From Lentisphaeria bacterium (lineage in GTDB: Bacteria; Verrucomicrobiota; Lentisphaeria; JABSQK01; JAWLHB01), in NCBI GenBank assembly GCA_041690595.1, contig JAWLHB010000028.1, forward strand, positions 62,001-104,562: 42,562 nt of DNA, in the 5' to 3' direction. The position numbers and the translations under genes were made by a program. Positions 1 to 9,540 of this stretch are shown here, one piece after another; the stretch's first letter is position 1; every line of letters starts with the position of its first letter. The notes beneath the pieces are model-generated. The model was not told where the DNA came from. It worked only from the letters and a program-made list of their open reading frames with translations, and did no database searches.

Positions 1-3000
1 GGATACTCGTCCTGATGCCCGTCCAGCTTCCACGTGGTCGGGAACATCTCCTGGTTGCCGAAATTACCGAACTTTGGCGGCCACTCGTTGCCCCAGGGAT
101 ACATCCGCTCCTTACCGCAGCGCGCCATCGACTTCCATTCCTCCGCGGTCGGCAGGCGGAATTCGTACCCGGGGGGCAGGTTGTCGCTCTGGCGCAACGT
201 CGCATTGAGCCAGGCACAGTACGCCATGGCATCGAAATAGCTTATCCAGCAGACCGGCTGGTCATCTCCGTCCAAGGTGAAACCATCTTCCGTCTTCTTG
301 CTGCTGTGCGTCGGTTTGTACTTCCGGTACTGGCCGTTCGTCACTTCGTATCTGCCGGCCCACAGTCGGGCATCCTCCAGCCACACCAACTCGATGCCGA
401 TCCTCGGCACCGTGAAGTTCTGCCCAGCCTCTGCTTGAAAGCGCTTCGCGATGGTCCGGATCCCTTCGCCAATCTCCGCGATCTGCCGATACTGCTCGGC
501 GGCGAAGTCAAAGTTTTCCCGATTCATGGCGTCACGGGCCAGGGCGAGGGCGACGTCGCTCTTCACCCGCAGTTCGTCGATGGACGGATCCAGCCCGGCA
601 AAGGGCGCAACCGCTTTAAGCACAGTGTCCGCTTCCCCGCGCAAGCTTTCAGCTTCTTCGCGGGCCAGGCGCTGCGCTTCGTTCTCCGCGTTGTGCGAGG
701 CATCAAGCGCCTTCTTCAGCAGGTTCACCGCTTCAGCGTACGCATCCTTTTCCACGGCCACCGCCGCCCGCTCGCTCAGCTCACGGATCTGCTGGAGATG
801 GGGCAGTTCCGCGGCGTGACGTTTCTCCCCGAGGACGGCAACCTGCTGCTTCACCGAACCCTCCAGCCGGACCGCTTCCTCCTTCATCTTGGCCAGCAGT
901 GCCTGGCGTCGTGAGTTTTCCTCCGCCGCCAGGTTCCGCGCCTGCTCTTCCACTCGCTCGAGCAGCTCCAGGGTCTGTCGGTAGCTGGTCACGGCACGTT
1001 CATGATTCTCTTCCTTCCATGCCGCCTCTGCCTGGTCGTGCCGGCGCAGCAACTCTTCATATCCGGCAAGGCTCTTAACCTGCTCCTGTGTCGCCAGAGC
1101 AGCCAGTCTCGCCTGAAGCTCCGCCCGGATGTCCGCTGCCTGCTGGCGCAGCCGCTCTCGCCGCTCCGCACTGGCTTGTGCCAGCTCCCGCGCTTGTGCC
1201 ACCACCTGTTCGGACGTTGACAGGGCGCCGCGGAAGTGTGTCACCGCCGCCGCCCAGTCCCCCGCCTCCACGGCCGCGTTTGCCCGTTGGTGAAGCAGCT
1301 CCAACTCGTCTCCCAGCGCGACGTTCGCCGATTCCGGCAAGGTGTCGAGGATCGCCAGCTGTTCCTCCAGAGATAGCCTGAGCTTGTCAATCTCGCCCCC
1401 GCGCTCCGCCTGCAGACCGGCCATCCCCGTCAACTCTTCCGTCGTCTTCGCCCCGCCGCCAGTCGAATCCTCGCTCCCCTCGTCACGATCCTTCAGCAGG
1501 AAGAAGGCAGCGATTGCCGCCAGCAGCACGATCGCGGCTATCCCCAGCACCACCAGCACCGGCGATCTCTTCTTGTCTGGAGCCGTGCACTCCCCGCAGA
1601 GTGCCGCGGTGAATGCCCGGTTGTCACTGAAGCGCTCGCCCGGCTGCTTGGCAAGTGACCGGCGCAGGGCGGCCTGCTCCTGCTCCGCCAGGTGCTCGAC
1701 GACGGGAGGCGGTTGACTGAGCACCCGCCGGTTCATGTTCTTCAGCAGGTTCTGCTCGTTCCCCAGTTCCGTCATGTTCAGCATGGTGGTCGTGCCGCTG
1801 CTCTCGTCCTTCAGCCAGAAGGGCAGCTTGCGCGTCAACATCTCATAGGCGACGACGCCGAGGGAATACTGGTCGCAGGCAGGGGTCAAGGGTTCGCCAC
1901 GCCAAAGCTCGGGCGCCATGTAGTCGGGGCTTGCCAGGGGTATGCGCACACTGCCGCTGCTGACAATCGGTCGGCCGCTGCCTTCATCCGTTATGCCGTA
2001 GTCGAGCAGCTTCACGCGGGTGTTCTCCTCCACCAGGTAAACGCTTTCGGGCTTGACGTCGCCATGGCCGTTTCCGAAACGCTCCGCCACACTGTCCAGC
2101 GCCTCTGCCACCAGCCTCAACACCGGCGCGATCTGCTTGACGTCCAGCGAGCCATGCCGTGATACCTCATGATGCGTGTACTGCCGCAGATTCTGCCCCT
2201 TCAGAAGCTCCATCACGACGAGAAGCTCGCCATTCTCCGCATTCAAGTGTACATCGAAGATCCGCACCAGATTCGGGTGCGTCATCTCTTTCAGCCGCAG
2301 GTAGCTGTCCTGGATCCGCTGCATGCTCTCCGATGGAAACTCGCGCCCGGGTCTCAGGCTCTTTACCGCGCAGTCCCGCTTCGTTTCGGTGTCGACGCAG
2401 AGATAGACGATGCCGGCGCGGCTGCGGCCGAGATGCTGGATGACCCGGTAACGGTTGAGGATCGTCGTCTCCGTCGGATACGTCTCCAGATCCTCTCTGG
2501 TCGATCGACTCTTGCCAAGCGGAATCGTTCCCGAACTGGTGACGAACTGGGTGCTTCCCTGACCGACAATGTTCAACGATGCGCACAACTGGTGCAGGTC
2601 GTGCAGCAATTCATCATAGCTGCCGATGCGGTTGCCGGCATTGGGTTCCAGCATTCGGTCAAGCAGCAGGCCAAGCTCGGCCGGCGCGTCCGTCCGCTTC
2701 TCGGTCAGCGGCTTATACTCCTTCTTCATCTGGGCGATGTAGATCATTGGCGCCGTCTTGCCCTGAAACGCCTTCTCCCCCGTCAGCACCTCGTAGAGCG
2801 TGGCGCCGAGCGCGAAAATGTCCGCGCGGTGATCGATATTCGCGTCACCTGCTGCCTGTTCCGGCGCCATGTACTGTGGCGTGCCGACTGGAACTCCCGC
2901 GCCCGTCAGCTCCGGTATATCGTAATCCGCTTCGGCCGACGCTACCGGCTTGGCCAGCCCCAAATCGACGATCTTCACCTGACCGTCGCCAGTCAGCATG

Positions 3001-3470
3001 AGGTTCTGCGGCTTGATGTCCCGGTGCACGATCTTGAAATGATCCCATGCAAACTTCAGCCCGCCGATTGCCTGCACAAGCATCTGCACGGCTTCGGTTA
3101 TGCTGAAGCTTCTGCCGCTCTCCAACAACTCCGACAGCGACTTGCCATGGATAAGCTCCATCGCGATGAACCAGGTCTCAGTCTCGAAATTCGCTTCGTA
3201 GATCTGCGCCACGTTCGGGTGATTGATCGACGCGGCGCTCCGCGCTTCCCGAATGAAGCGCTGCTCCAGATTCGCCACCACCTCCGGACTGGCCTGCTGG
3301 CCGATCTCCGCCCGGCTCATGAACTTGATTGCGATCCGTCGCGACAAGGTCAGATCTTCCGCCAGGTAAACGGCCCCCATACCCCCTTCCCCCAGCTTCT
3401 TTTCCAGGCGAAAGTGACTGATTGTGCTCCCCGGCTCCAGACTGATTTCCCGCACGGTTCTCTCCAGCAT
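1..3470 (-). CDS. Multidomain protein: Ser/Thr kinase + second degenerate kinase domain + TM helix + helical/coiled-coil region + C-terminal formylglycine-generating-enzyme (FGE-sulfatase/SUMF1) domain; 3' end runs off the window
   Basis: Not in the ORF track (no stop inside the window). Manual translation from ATG at 3470: LGEGGMGAVYLA, AIK, HRDIKPQN, DLG, GTPQYMAPE; second domain HGDVKPES/DYG/YMAPE; TM VLVVLGIAAIVLLAAIAAFFLL (~1500-1560); C-terminal YEVTNGQY, QPVCWISYFDAMAYCAWL, FRLPTAEEW, YPWGNEW. Frame consistent to position 3 (HQDEY). Confidence 0.9.
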   Translation of the reverse strand, partial: MLERTVREISLEPGSTISHFRLEKKLGEGGMGAVYLAEDLTLSRRIAIKFMSRAEIGQQASPEVVANLEQRFIREARSAASINHPNVAQIYEANFETETWFIAMELIHGKSLSELLESGRSFSITEAVQMLVQAIGGLKFAWDHFKIVHRDIKPQNLMLTGDGQVKIVDLGLAKPVASAEADYDIPELTGAGVPVGTPQYMAPEQAAGDANIDHRADIFALGATLYEVLTGEKAFQGKTAPMIYIAQMKKEYKPLTEKRTDAPAELGLLLDRMLEPNAGNRIGSYDELLHDLHQLCASLNIVGQGSTQFVTSSGTIPLGKSRSTREDLETYPTETTILNRYRVIQHLGRSRAGIVYLCVDTETKRDCAVKSLRPGREFPSESMQRIQDSYLRLKEMTHPNLVRIFDVHLNAENGELLVVMELLKGQNLRQYTHHEVSRHGSLDVKQIAPVLRLVAEALDSVAERFGNGHGDVKPESVYLVEENTRVKLLDYGITDEGSGRPIVSSGSVRIPLASPDYMAPELWRGEPLTPACDQYSLGVVAYEMLTRKLPFWLKDESSGTTTMLNMTELGNEQNLLKNMNRRVLSQPPPVVEHLAEQEQAALRRSLAKQPGERFSDNRAFTAALCGECTAPDKKRSPVLVVLGIAAIVLLAAIAAFFLLKDRDEGSEDSTGGGAKTTEELTGMAGLQAERGGEIDKLRLSLEEQLAILDTLPESANVALGDELELLHQRANAAVEAGDWAAAVTHFRGALSTSEQVVAQARELAQASAERRERLRQQAADIRAELQARLAALATQEQVKSLAGYEELLRRHDQAEAAWKEENHERAVTSYRQTLELLERVEEQARNLAAEENSRRQALLAKMKEEAVRLEGSVKQQVAVLGEKRHAAELPHLQQIRELSERAAVAVEKDAYAEAVNLLKKALDASHNAENEAQRLAREEAESLRGEADTVLKAVAPFAGLDPSIDELRVKSDVALALARDAMNRENFDFAAEQYRQIAEIGEGIRTIAKRFQAEAGQNFTVPRIGIELVWLEDARLWAGRYEVTNGQYRKYKPTHSSKKTEDGFTLDGDDQPVCWISYFDAMAYCAWLNATLRQSDNLPPGYEFRLPTAEEWKSMARCGKERMYPWGNEWPPKFGNFGNQEMFPTTWKLDGHQDEY

Positions 3471-3644
3471 GGCGATTTCGGAATGTCCGTAAACGTAGTC
3501 ACCTTTTGAAGGAAATCAACGTCATGTTGTACTCGAGCACGATAGCCGTTTCTGCTCCGTTGCCGCACTGGCGGATGTCCTTCCGCGAATACCAACTCTG
3601 GACTTACTGCGGCCAGGAACGGCCCATGGCAGTGCCCCCCCTTC

Positions 3645-3670
3645 CTGGGCACGCCACTCGCCTGAGTGGC
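3645..3670 (+). repeat. REP-like palindromic dispersed repeat, copy 1
   Basis: ctgggcac-GCCACTC-gcct-GAGTGGC; 24/26 identical to the reverse complement of 42425-42450; intergenic. Confidence 0.7.
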
Positions 3671-3901
3671 TCCGGCGTTGGACGTTACATCTGCACCTGA
3701 CGGGCAGAAATGCCGGGGGGTGTACAAGGTGACCGCCGGATCGGAGGTTCAGGCGTCGATCACTGAGGCGAGAAGTACCTGTCCCCGGGTTGAGGCGCTT
3801 GCATAGGCCAAGACCATTTGATCTGCTCCTCTGCCGTGGACTTTCGCATCCGTCTCGGACTTCTATGCCACCATCGCCGAAAGACTTTCCGCCGTGCGGT
3901 A

Positions 3902-6900
3902 CTAGTCCTGGAGCATGAGGACCAGGCGGACTTCCGGCGGCATCGTCAGGCGGTAGCCATCGGCACCCGGCGTCAGGGTTACACCCGGCGGTGCGTTCAG
4001 CAAGGACAGGGCTCCAGGAGCACGCAGCGTAATCGTATGGTCGAGTTGAGGCTCCATGGGGACTATCACCGTCATCACCGGGCCGGTTTGCAGACTGACG
4101 GGAGCGATCGACGCCAGGAAGGTTCCGTCTGCCAGCTGAACCTCCCCGGCGGCGCCAAGACTGATCACCTTGCCGCCCGTGCGCCGCTCCTGAACAGAAG
4201 CCGCTGTCCCCCGGAAGCGGATGCCGTCTGCCTCAGCCTCGGTTTCCGATGCCGACATGAAGAGGTGGTCGCTGCCAAAATCGCCGTTCACCCGGATGAT
4301 ATGACCATTCCCCTTGGTCTCGAACTGGGGGGCGGCCTCGTTTCGGTCGCGCGGGAAGAGGACAACGAAATAGACGCCGTCTCCCGGCATCTGCAGGTGT
4401 AGCAGATCCTGGTTTTCGGTGTAATGCGCGTGTTCCAGTCCCCAGCGCAACGTATGGCGGGGAGTCTCCCGCGGCGAGGCGATGTAGTACTCGATATCGA
4501 CGCCATATTGCCCGATGGCGGTGAAGCGATCACCCTCGATAAGACGCGCATCCTGCATGCGGTTGCCCGGCTTGTCCGCCAGAAATGCATGCACGTTGGC
4601 TGTCTCCTCCGGCCTTCCGACCTTCTCGGTCAGCGTCCAGTATTGCCAGCGGGTCGGCTGATCGCCCGTGATGGTGTCGCGAAAGACAAAGTAGTTCGGA
4701 CCACTGGTCTCGGGCCCCTTCATGAAGAGGACCTGCCGCTGCCAGTGCACTGGCAATGCCGCCTCCGCCTCCATCACCGGCCATGCGGGAAGGGCTTCCA
4801 CACCGCCATGGTGCTTCGGTTCGGCCTTGGCCAATTCGATGCTGGCCGTCAGGTAATCCTGGCGCGGAAGCGCCGAAAAGTGGGTCAGCTCCCGATTTCC
4901 CTCGTGCTCGAAGCGTGAAAATCGCTGCTTGCGATCGCCGGGATTCCAGGCAGGCAGCACGCGGCTGATCAGCAGCTCCTCCCGCTCCGCGTATCCCTTG
5001 CCGCCGAAGCGCACCGCAATCGGCACCCCACGCGCCCAGATCGCCGCGAACGCCGCCTGTTCACTCGCATAGGCCACCCGCGAGTGTTCCAGCACGAAAA
5101 ATGCATAGCTCTCTCGTGCGGTATCCAGGCCATGACGCAGGATCACGCCTGTCTCAGGAAACCACTCGGAGCGCCAGTCGGGAGTGAGAACAGGCTGAGC
5201 GGCGCGTTCTCCCGGATTCGCCCGTTGCCAGGCCCACCACAGGTCGCGCGCCAACTCCGGATCCGTCGTCTCCAGTTCTTCCGCCATCATGCCAAAGAGG
5301 GCTGGCGCATTGTAGACCGTGCCTCGACCGACCGGCGGTGTAACGCTCCGCGGCGTCGGGTGAAAATTGTGAGGCCGAGGATCCGGCGGCGTCACGATCT
5401 TGGCAAAGAACTCCACCATCTTCTTCATGCGCGGGTCGTTGATATAGTCCGGTCCCCCCGCCGCCCGTGCCAGGCGCGCATTCTTGAGGATCGCTGCCGC
5501 GGAACCCCAGGCGTAGTGCGTCAGGCTCTCGCCGGCGCCCAGGAATTCACCTTTCGGCCCCACGTGCATCTCCAGCATGCGGTTTGCCCAGATGGCTGCC
5601 GGCGCTCCCCAATGTGGCGCCAGCGGGTGATCTGGAATTCGCGAGGCAATATGGCTGAGAGTCAGCACATTGTAGATGGTCATGTTGAGATTTCCGGAAG
5701 CCCATCCGCGCTCGGGAGACCAGTCTCCGGGATCGTTCATCGCATAGCCCAGGTAGGCCATTTGCGCACGGTACAACCGGCGCTGCGCCTCATCAACCAA
5801 CCCGGAGCGTATCACCTCGTCGTAGAGGGTGGGAAGCAGCTCGCGGGTGCCGTACCGCCAGCGATCCAGGTTGCCGAACGCGCTCAGGAAGTAGCCGAGC
5901 CGCTCCACCAGGCGAAGGGATTCTCCCACCTCCGGCGCCCGACCGCTCATGCGGTACGCGCTGATCGCATCGCCGTCGCGATAGGAGAGATTCGAGAAGG
6001 ACCAGTGCGCCCCGCTCTGGAGGCATCTCGCCAACTCCACCGCATCCACGTCGTTGACTATCTCGGGATGCAACGGCTCCAGCAGCTCGTGGTCCCGCCA
6101 TTCCAGAATGAGATCCTTGACCACATTCAAAGACCAGGTCGCCTGCCTTGTGCCTATCCGGCGGGTTGTCCCATGCAGTTGATAACCCGCGCTCCAGCGT
6201 TTTTCCGGAGGCACGGGATCGGGTATTCCCACCTGCCAGCGCCGATGTCCGCTCGCCGTGTTGAAGTCCAGGTAGACGGTATCGTCCGCGCCGCGGACCA
6301 GGGGTACGGCCTTGTGGCGGATTCGTACGTTCATGTATGAGGCCCAGGTACCCGGCTCGGTCGCTTCTACCCACACCCCGGGATCGAGGACCGCGAACTG
6401 CAGCTCCTCTGATCGCGCTTCCACATCTTCGATTCGGGTGAAGGTCAGGACACTTTGCCGGGTCTGGTGGAAGGCGGCCCACGGCAGCAAATCGGCGAGC
6501 TTTCCCACAGGCTCCTTCATCAGGTCGACGATCTGGGGAGTCAGGTCCATGCCGGCATAGGTATACTTCCCGCCTGCTCCACGCTTTCCCTCCATGCGCG
6601 GAGTGCCCCAGCGATTGCGATCGGGTGTCTCCGTATGCTGCACCGCCAGCGCCAGATTGTCGAATCCAGGATTGAGCAGCCACTGCCAGCCGTCCCGGGC
6701 GGCCGTTCTGGACGCTTCCTCTTCCGCTTCGTCCCAGCCGCTCCCCAGCACGAACCTGGCCGCCTCGACCGGATCGTACGGCGAGACAAGCATCGCCCAT
6801 TCCGCCTGTGCGGCGCCTGCCGCCAACTGCACCGTCAGGGTCATCTCGCGTCCATCTTCATACTCATAGCGCATCTGCACCCGCTCCAGCACCGGCCCTG

Positions 6901-7489
6901 ATTCCAGGCGTTGGAAGCCGTAGGCGCTGAGTTTCGTTTCGCCATAAAGGCGACTCCCGCCCGTCCACGTGCCGTTCGCCAGCCGCACTCCGCGCAGTGG
7001 GCCCGGCACTTCGCCAGGCGCCGCCGGCGGGTCATGGCGAAGTGCATCCGTCCGTAAACGAAGTCCGAAGCGGCTATTACTCAGTTCGAGCTGCCCGGGA
7101 CTTTCAATCGCCTTCAGGTCTGACGTCATCGGTGCAACCGGGGCTGTACCGTAGTCGAGGGTGAAAAGGCGGCTCTCCAGGGGAGCAAGGTCCGTTACAA
7201 AGGCTAGTCTGGCGCGGCGGACAAAAGGGGTTCCCGGCCAGCTCTCCACCTCGATGAGTTGCACGGGTTGCGCGCCCGCCGGCCCCGTAAGCGTTATCGA
7301 GGCGGGATGACAGCTTCCTTCGGGGGCTTCGAAAGGATAGGTCAGGAGTTCAGCTGACCAAGCCAAGTTCAACCGCTCACGCACCTCGATCTTTTCCTGG
7401 CCGGCTGATGTACTCAACGCCGCCGCCAGTAAAAGGCAGCGACAAAGGCGAATCAGGGTGCGATGCCATAGGATCTGTCTGCTTTTCAT
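3902..7489 (-). CDS. Large exported protein (~1195 aa), possibly polysaccharide lyase / heparinase II/III-like architecture
   Basis: ORF 3902..7516; likely start MKSRQ at 7489 (AGGAAG upstream) with signal peptide LLLAAALSTSAG; helical middle followed by SEWFPETGVILRH and beta-rich WQRQVLFMK...YFVFRDTI segments resembling lyase C-terminal sandwiches. Confidence 0.55.
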   Translation of the reverse strand: MKSRQILWHRTLIRLCRCLLLAAALSTSAGQEKIEVRERLNLAWSAELLTYPFEAPEGSCHPASITLTGPAGAQPVQLIEVESWPGTPFVRRARLAFVTDLAPLESRLFTLDYGTAPVAPMTSDLKAIESPGQLELSNSRFGLRLRTDALRHDPPAAPGEVPGPLRGVRLANGTWTGGSRLYGETKLSAYGFQRLESGPVLERVQMRYEYEDGREMTLTVQLAAGAAQAEWAMLVSPYDPVEAARFVLGSGWDEAEEEASRTAARDGWQWLLNPGFDNLALAVQHTETPDRNRWGTPRMEGKRGAGGKYTYAGMDLTPQIVDLMKEPVGKLADLLPWAAFHQTRQSVLTFTRIEDVEARSEELQFAVLDPGVWVEATEPGTWASYMNVRIRHKAVPLVRGADDTVYLDFNTASGHRRWQVGIPDPVPPEKRWSAGYQLHGTTRRIGTRQATWSLNVVKDLILEWRDHELLEPLHPEIVNDVDAVELARCLQSGAHWSFSNLSYRDGDAISAYRMSGRAPEVGESLRLVERLGYFLSAFGNLDRWRYGTRELLPTLYDEVIRSGLVDEAQRRLYRAQMAYLGYAMNDPGDWSPERGWASGNLNMTIYNVLTLSHIASRIPDHPLAPHWGAPAAIWANRMLEMHVGPKGEFLGAGESLTHYAWGSAAAILKNARLARAAGGPDYINDPRMKKMVEFFAKIVTPPDPRPHNFHPTPRSVTPPVGRGTVYNAPALFGMMAEELETTDPELARDLWWAWQRANPGERAAQPVLTPDWRSEWFPETGVILRHGLDTARESYAFFVLEHSRVAYASEQAAFAAIWARGVPIAVRFGGKGYAEREELLISRVLPAWNPGDRKQRFSRFEHEGNRELTHFSALPRQDYLTASIELAKAEPKHHGGVEALPAWPVMEAEAALPVHWQRQVLFMKGPETSGPNYFVFRDTITGDQPTRWQYWTLTEKVGRPEETANVHAFLADKPGNRMQDARLIEGDRFTAIGQYGVDIEYYIASPRETPRHTLRWGLEHAHYTENQDLLHLQMPGDGVYFVVLFPRDRNEAAPQFETKGNGHIIRVNGDFGSDHLFMSASETEAEADGIRFRGTAASVQERRTGGKVISLGAAGEVQLADGTFLASIAPVSLQTGPVMTVIVPMEPQLDHTITLRAPGALSLLNAPPGVTLTPGADGYRLTMPPEVRLVLMLQD

Positions 7490-7535
7490 GGTTTCACTTC
7501 CTGGTTTCGTTGGCATTCATGTAAGGTCCGCGGTA

Positions 7536-8240
7536 TCAATCCCAATCGGGCTGGTTCCAGTGGGTCTTGTCGCCAAAGACTCCCCAGAAATGGGGCGCCA
7601 CATCCACTACAGCAGTCGGCAAGGATGTTATGGTGCTTGTGTTGCCGGCTGGATGCACCAGGTTCAGACGGTTCTGGTGACGCGGCCAAGCAATATACGT
7701 CGTGAGATGAACGTCGTCTTTGCGGTTGAACCAGTAGCTCTTGTCCCCGCGTGCGTCGATCAGCAGCATGTACTGCTCTGGATAGGGAAGCCTGTCTACC
7801 TTGACGCCAAGCACGCCGCGGTTGTGGAAGTTCGCGCTGTTTGCGCCTCCGTGTGGAAGATAGCTGCCATAGTAGTTGTGGGTGGGCCCCTTGTTCTCGT
7901 CTCCCAGCGAACCGGGACAGGTCATGAAGGTCTTTCCAAATTCCGGGATGTAGCCCCATTTGGCAAAAGGTCCGCTCACGTAACCCTGTTTAGCCAGAAG
8001 CTTCAGCCACTCTCCCGGATACCAGGCATTGTAGTAGGCCATCGTGAAGCTGTCATTGTCGTCCGCGTAGAGCTGAAAAGTCAGCCCGAACTGCCGCAGA
8101 TTGCTCAGGCATGACGCGGAGCGTGCCTTGTTTCGCGCGTTTACCAATGCCGGCAGGAGCATCGATGCAAGTACACTGATTATGGCCACGACCACGAGGA
8201 GCTCGATGAGGGTGAACAGAGATCGCCTGCTGGTTTTCAT
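7536..8240 (-). CDS. Prepilin-type N-terminal cleavage/methylation domain protein (DUF1559-like)
   Basis: [29 protein letters not shown]....C..NLRQ.G, CP motif, C-terminal [18 protein letters not shown] overlap with the regulator stop. Confidence 0.9.
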   Translation of the reverse strand: MKTSRRSLFTLIELLVVVAIISVLASMLLPALVNARNKARSASCLSNLRQFGLTFQLYADDNDSFTMAYYNAWYPGEWLKLLAKQGYVSGPFAKWGYIPEFGKTFMTCPGSLGDENKGPTHNYYGSYLPHGGANSANFHNRGVLGVKVDRLPYPEQYMLLIDARGDKSYWFNRKDDVHLTTYIAWPRHQNRLNLVHPAGNTSTITSLPTAVVDVAPHFWGVFGDKTHWNQPDWD

Positions 8241-9349
8241 TTCGGACCTTCTCCACTGCTTTTTCTGATGATGAGTTTGGGTTGAACGTACTGCAGTCGT
8301 GGCTCCTGGTCGCCGGCGAGCAGCAGCGCTACCGCCAGGCGGGCCAGCTCCTCTAATCCGCAGTCAATACTGGTCAACGGAATAGGCCCTTCATGACTCC
8401 AGGGGGTGTTATAGAGACCAACCAGAGCCAGATCGTCAGGCAGCTTCAGGCCCAACTCGGTAGCGACATGCCCCACCTGAACGGCCAGGGTATCGCTTTG
8501 GCAGATGACGGCCGTGGGCCGCGGAGTCGCGGTCAACAGCCGTACCAGTTCGGTATGCCGTAGTTCGGGCGTACTGAAGATATTGCGCTGCTTCTCCACG
8601 ATTCGCAATTCCGCTGCCATGCCATGCTGTTCCATTGCGCGGCGATAACCATTGCTGATCTGGCCGAGCGGTGTCCGGTCATAATGCTCCGCGCTGCAAC
8701 TCTCCAGTTCCGCCGGCAATCGCACCGTCATCAAGGCAATCCGCCGATGCCCGAGATCGACCAGGTGCTCGACTCCCGAGGCAATGCCGCCAGCCAGATC
8801 CGTCAGCACCGCTGGCCCCGGAAGGGGGCCGTCCGCATCGAAGCAATGTACGATAACCGTTGGACGCTCGATCTCTTCCAGAAAGCGAAAACGCCAGTAA
8901 AAGAGTCCGTTGACGATCAACCCGCGGATGGGCGCACCCAGCAATCGGCGGATTGCCCGACGTGTGCTCTCTGGTGGCGCCCAATCTTCCGTCAGACCCG
9001 CGTTGTGAACACTAAGCGCGAAACAATCCTTCCGCAAGAGCTCACTGCAGATGGCTTCGTGGAGCGGACCATAGAAATGATCATGGCGAGGAGTCATCAC
9101 TCCCACTTGCTGAAGCAACGTGAGGGGACGGCTGCCATCGCGCACGAAGGTGCCGTGGCCTTTGACGCGTTCCAGCAGGCCCTCTTCCCGCAGGAGGTTC
9201 AACGCGCGATTGACCGGCACTTTGCTGACATTGAACTCCGCCGCCAGTTGTCCGTCACGCGGCAAGCGGCCATTCGCATAGGCACCCGCCGCAATCCGCT
9301 CTCTCAACCGTGCTGCCACCTGCTCATACTTGTAAAGACCTGTGTTCAC
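8237..9349 (-). CDS. GntR-family wHTH fused to a LacI-type sugar-binding domain (AraR-like transcriptional regulator)
   Basis: [19 protein letters not shown]...[32 protein letters not shown]-terminal [37 protein letters not shown]; likely GTG start at 9349 with GGGAG RBS (track starts at 9382). Confidence 0.9.
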   Translation of the reverse strand: MNTGLYKYEQVAARLRERIAAGAYANGRLPRDGQLAAEFNVSKVPVNRALNLLREEGLLERVKGHGTFVRDGSRPLTLLQQVGVMTPRHDHFYGPLHEAICSELLRKDCFALSVHNAGLTEDWAPPESTRRAIRRLLGAPIRGLIVNGLFYWRFRFLEEIERPTVIVHCFDADGPLPGPAVLTDLAGGIASGVEHLVDLGHRRIALMTVRLPAELESCSAEHYDRTPLGQISNGYRRAMEQHGMAAELRIVEKQRNIFSTPELRHTELVRLLTATPRPTAVICQSDTLAVQVGHVATELGLKLPDDLALVGLYNTPWSHEGPIPLTSIDCGLEELARLAVALLLAGDQEPRLQYVQPKLIIRKSSGEGPK

Positions 9350-9370
9350 CGCCACTCCCGTAAATAATAG

Positions 9371-9402
9371 CGTAAACCACAATGTAGTTTACGATGTGGT
9401 TT
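9371..9402. promoter_or_regulatory. Putative operator: palindrome plus a third tandem half-site
   Basis: CGTAAACCACA-A-TGTAGTTTACG (one mismatch, 9371-9393) followed by ATGTGGTTT; overlaps the predicted regulator promoter. Confidence 0.65.
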
Positions 9403-9414
9403 CCCCTATTGCAA
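9386..9414 (-). promoter_or_regulatory. Sigma70-type promoter for the regulator/prepilin/lyase-like operon
   Basis: Minus strand TTGCAA-N17-TAAACT. Confidence 0.6.
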
Positions 9415-9540
9415 GGATAACATTGTTTTGCTTATAACATCGTGAAGCCTTATCGCTTGAGATCGAATTTGCCTTGATATTGGGAAACTGTGTGATTAAT
9501 GTAGTTCTGGAACCGCGGTACGAAAGGAGTATTCTTAACC

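Noticed and set aside
15..3509. Plus-strand ORFs (299, 446, 156 aa etc.)
   Set aside because: Antisense shadows of the minus-strand kinase gene; no recognisable motifs.
3772..3786. AAGTACCTGTCCCC motif reminiscent of short dispersed repeats
   Set aside because: Single copy in the window; cannot be supported.
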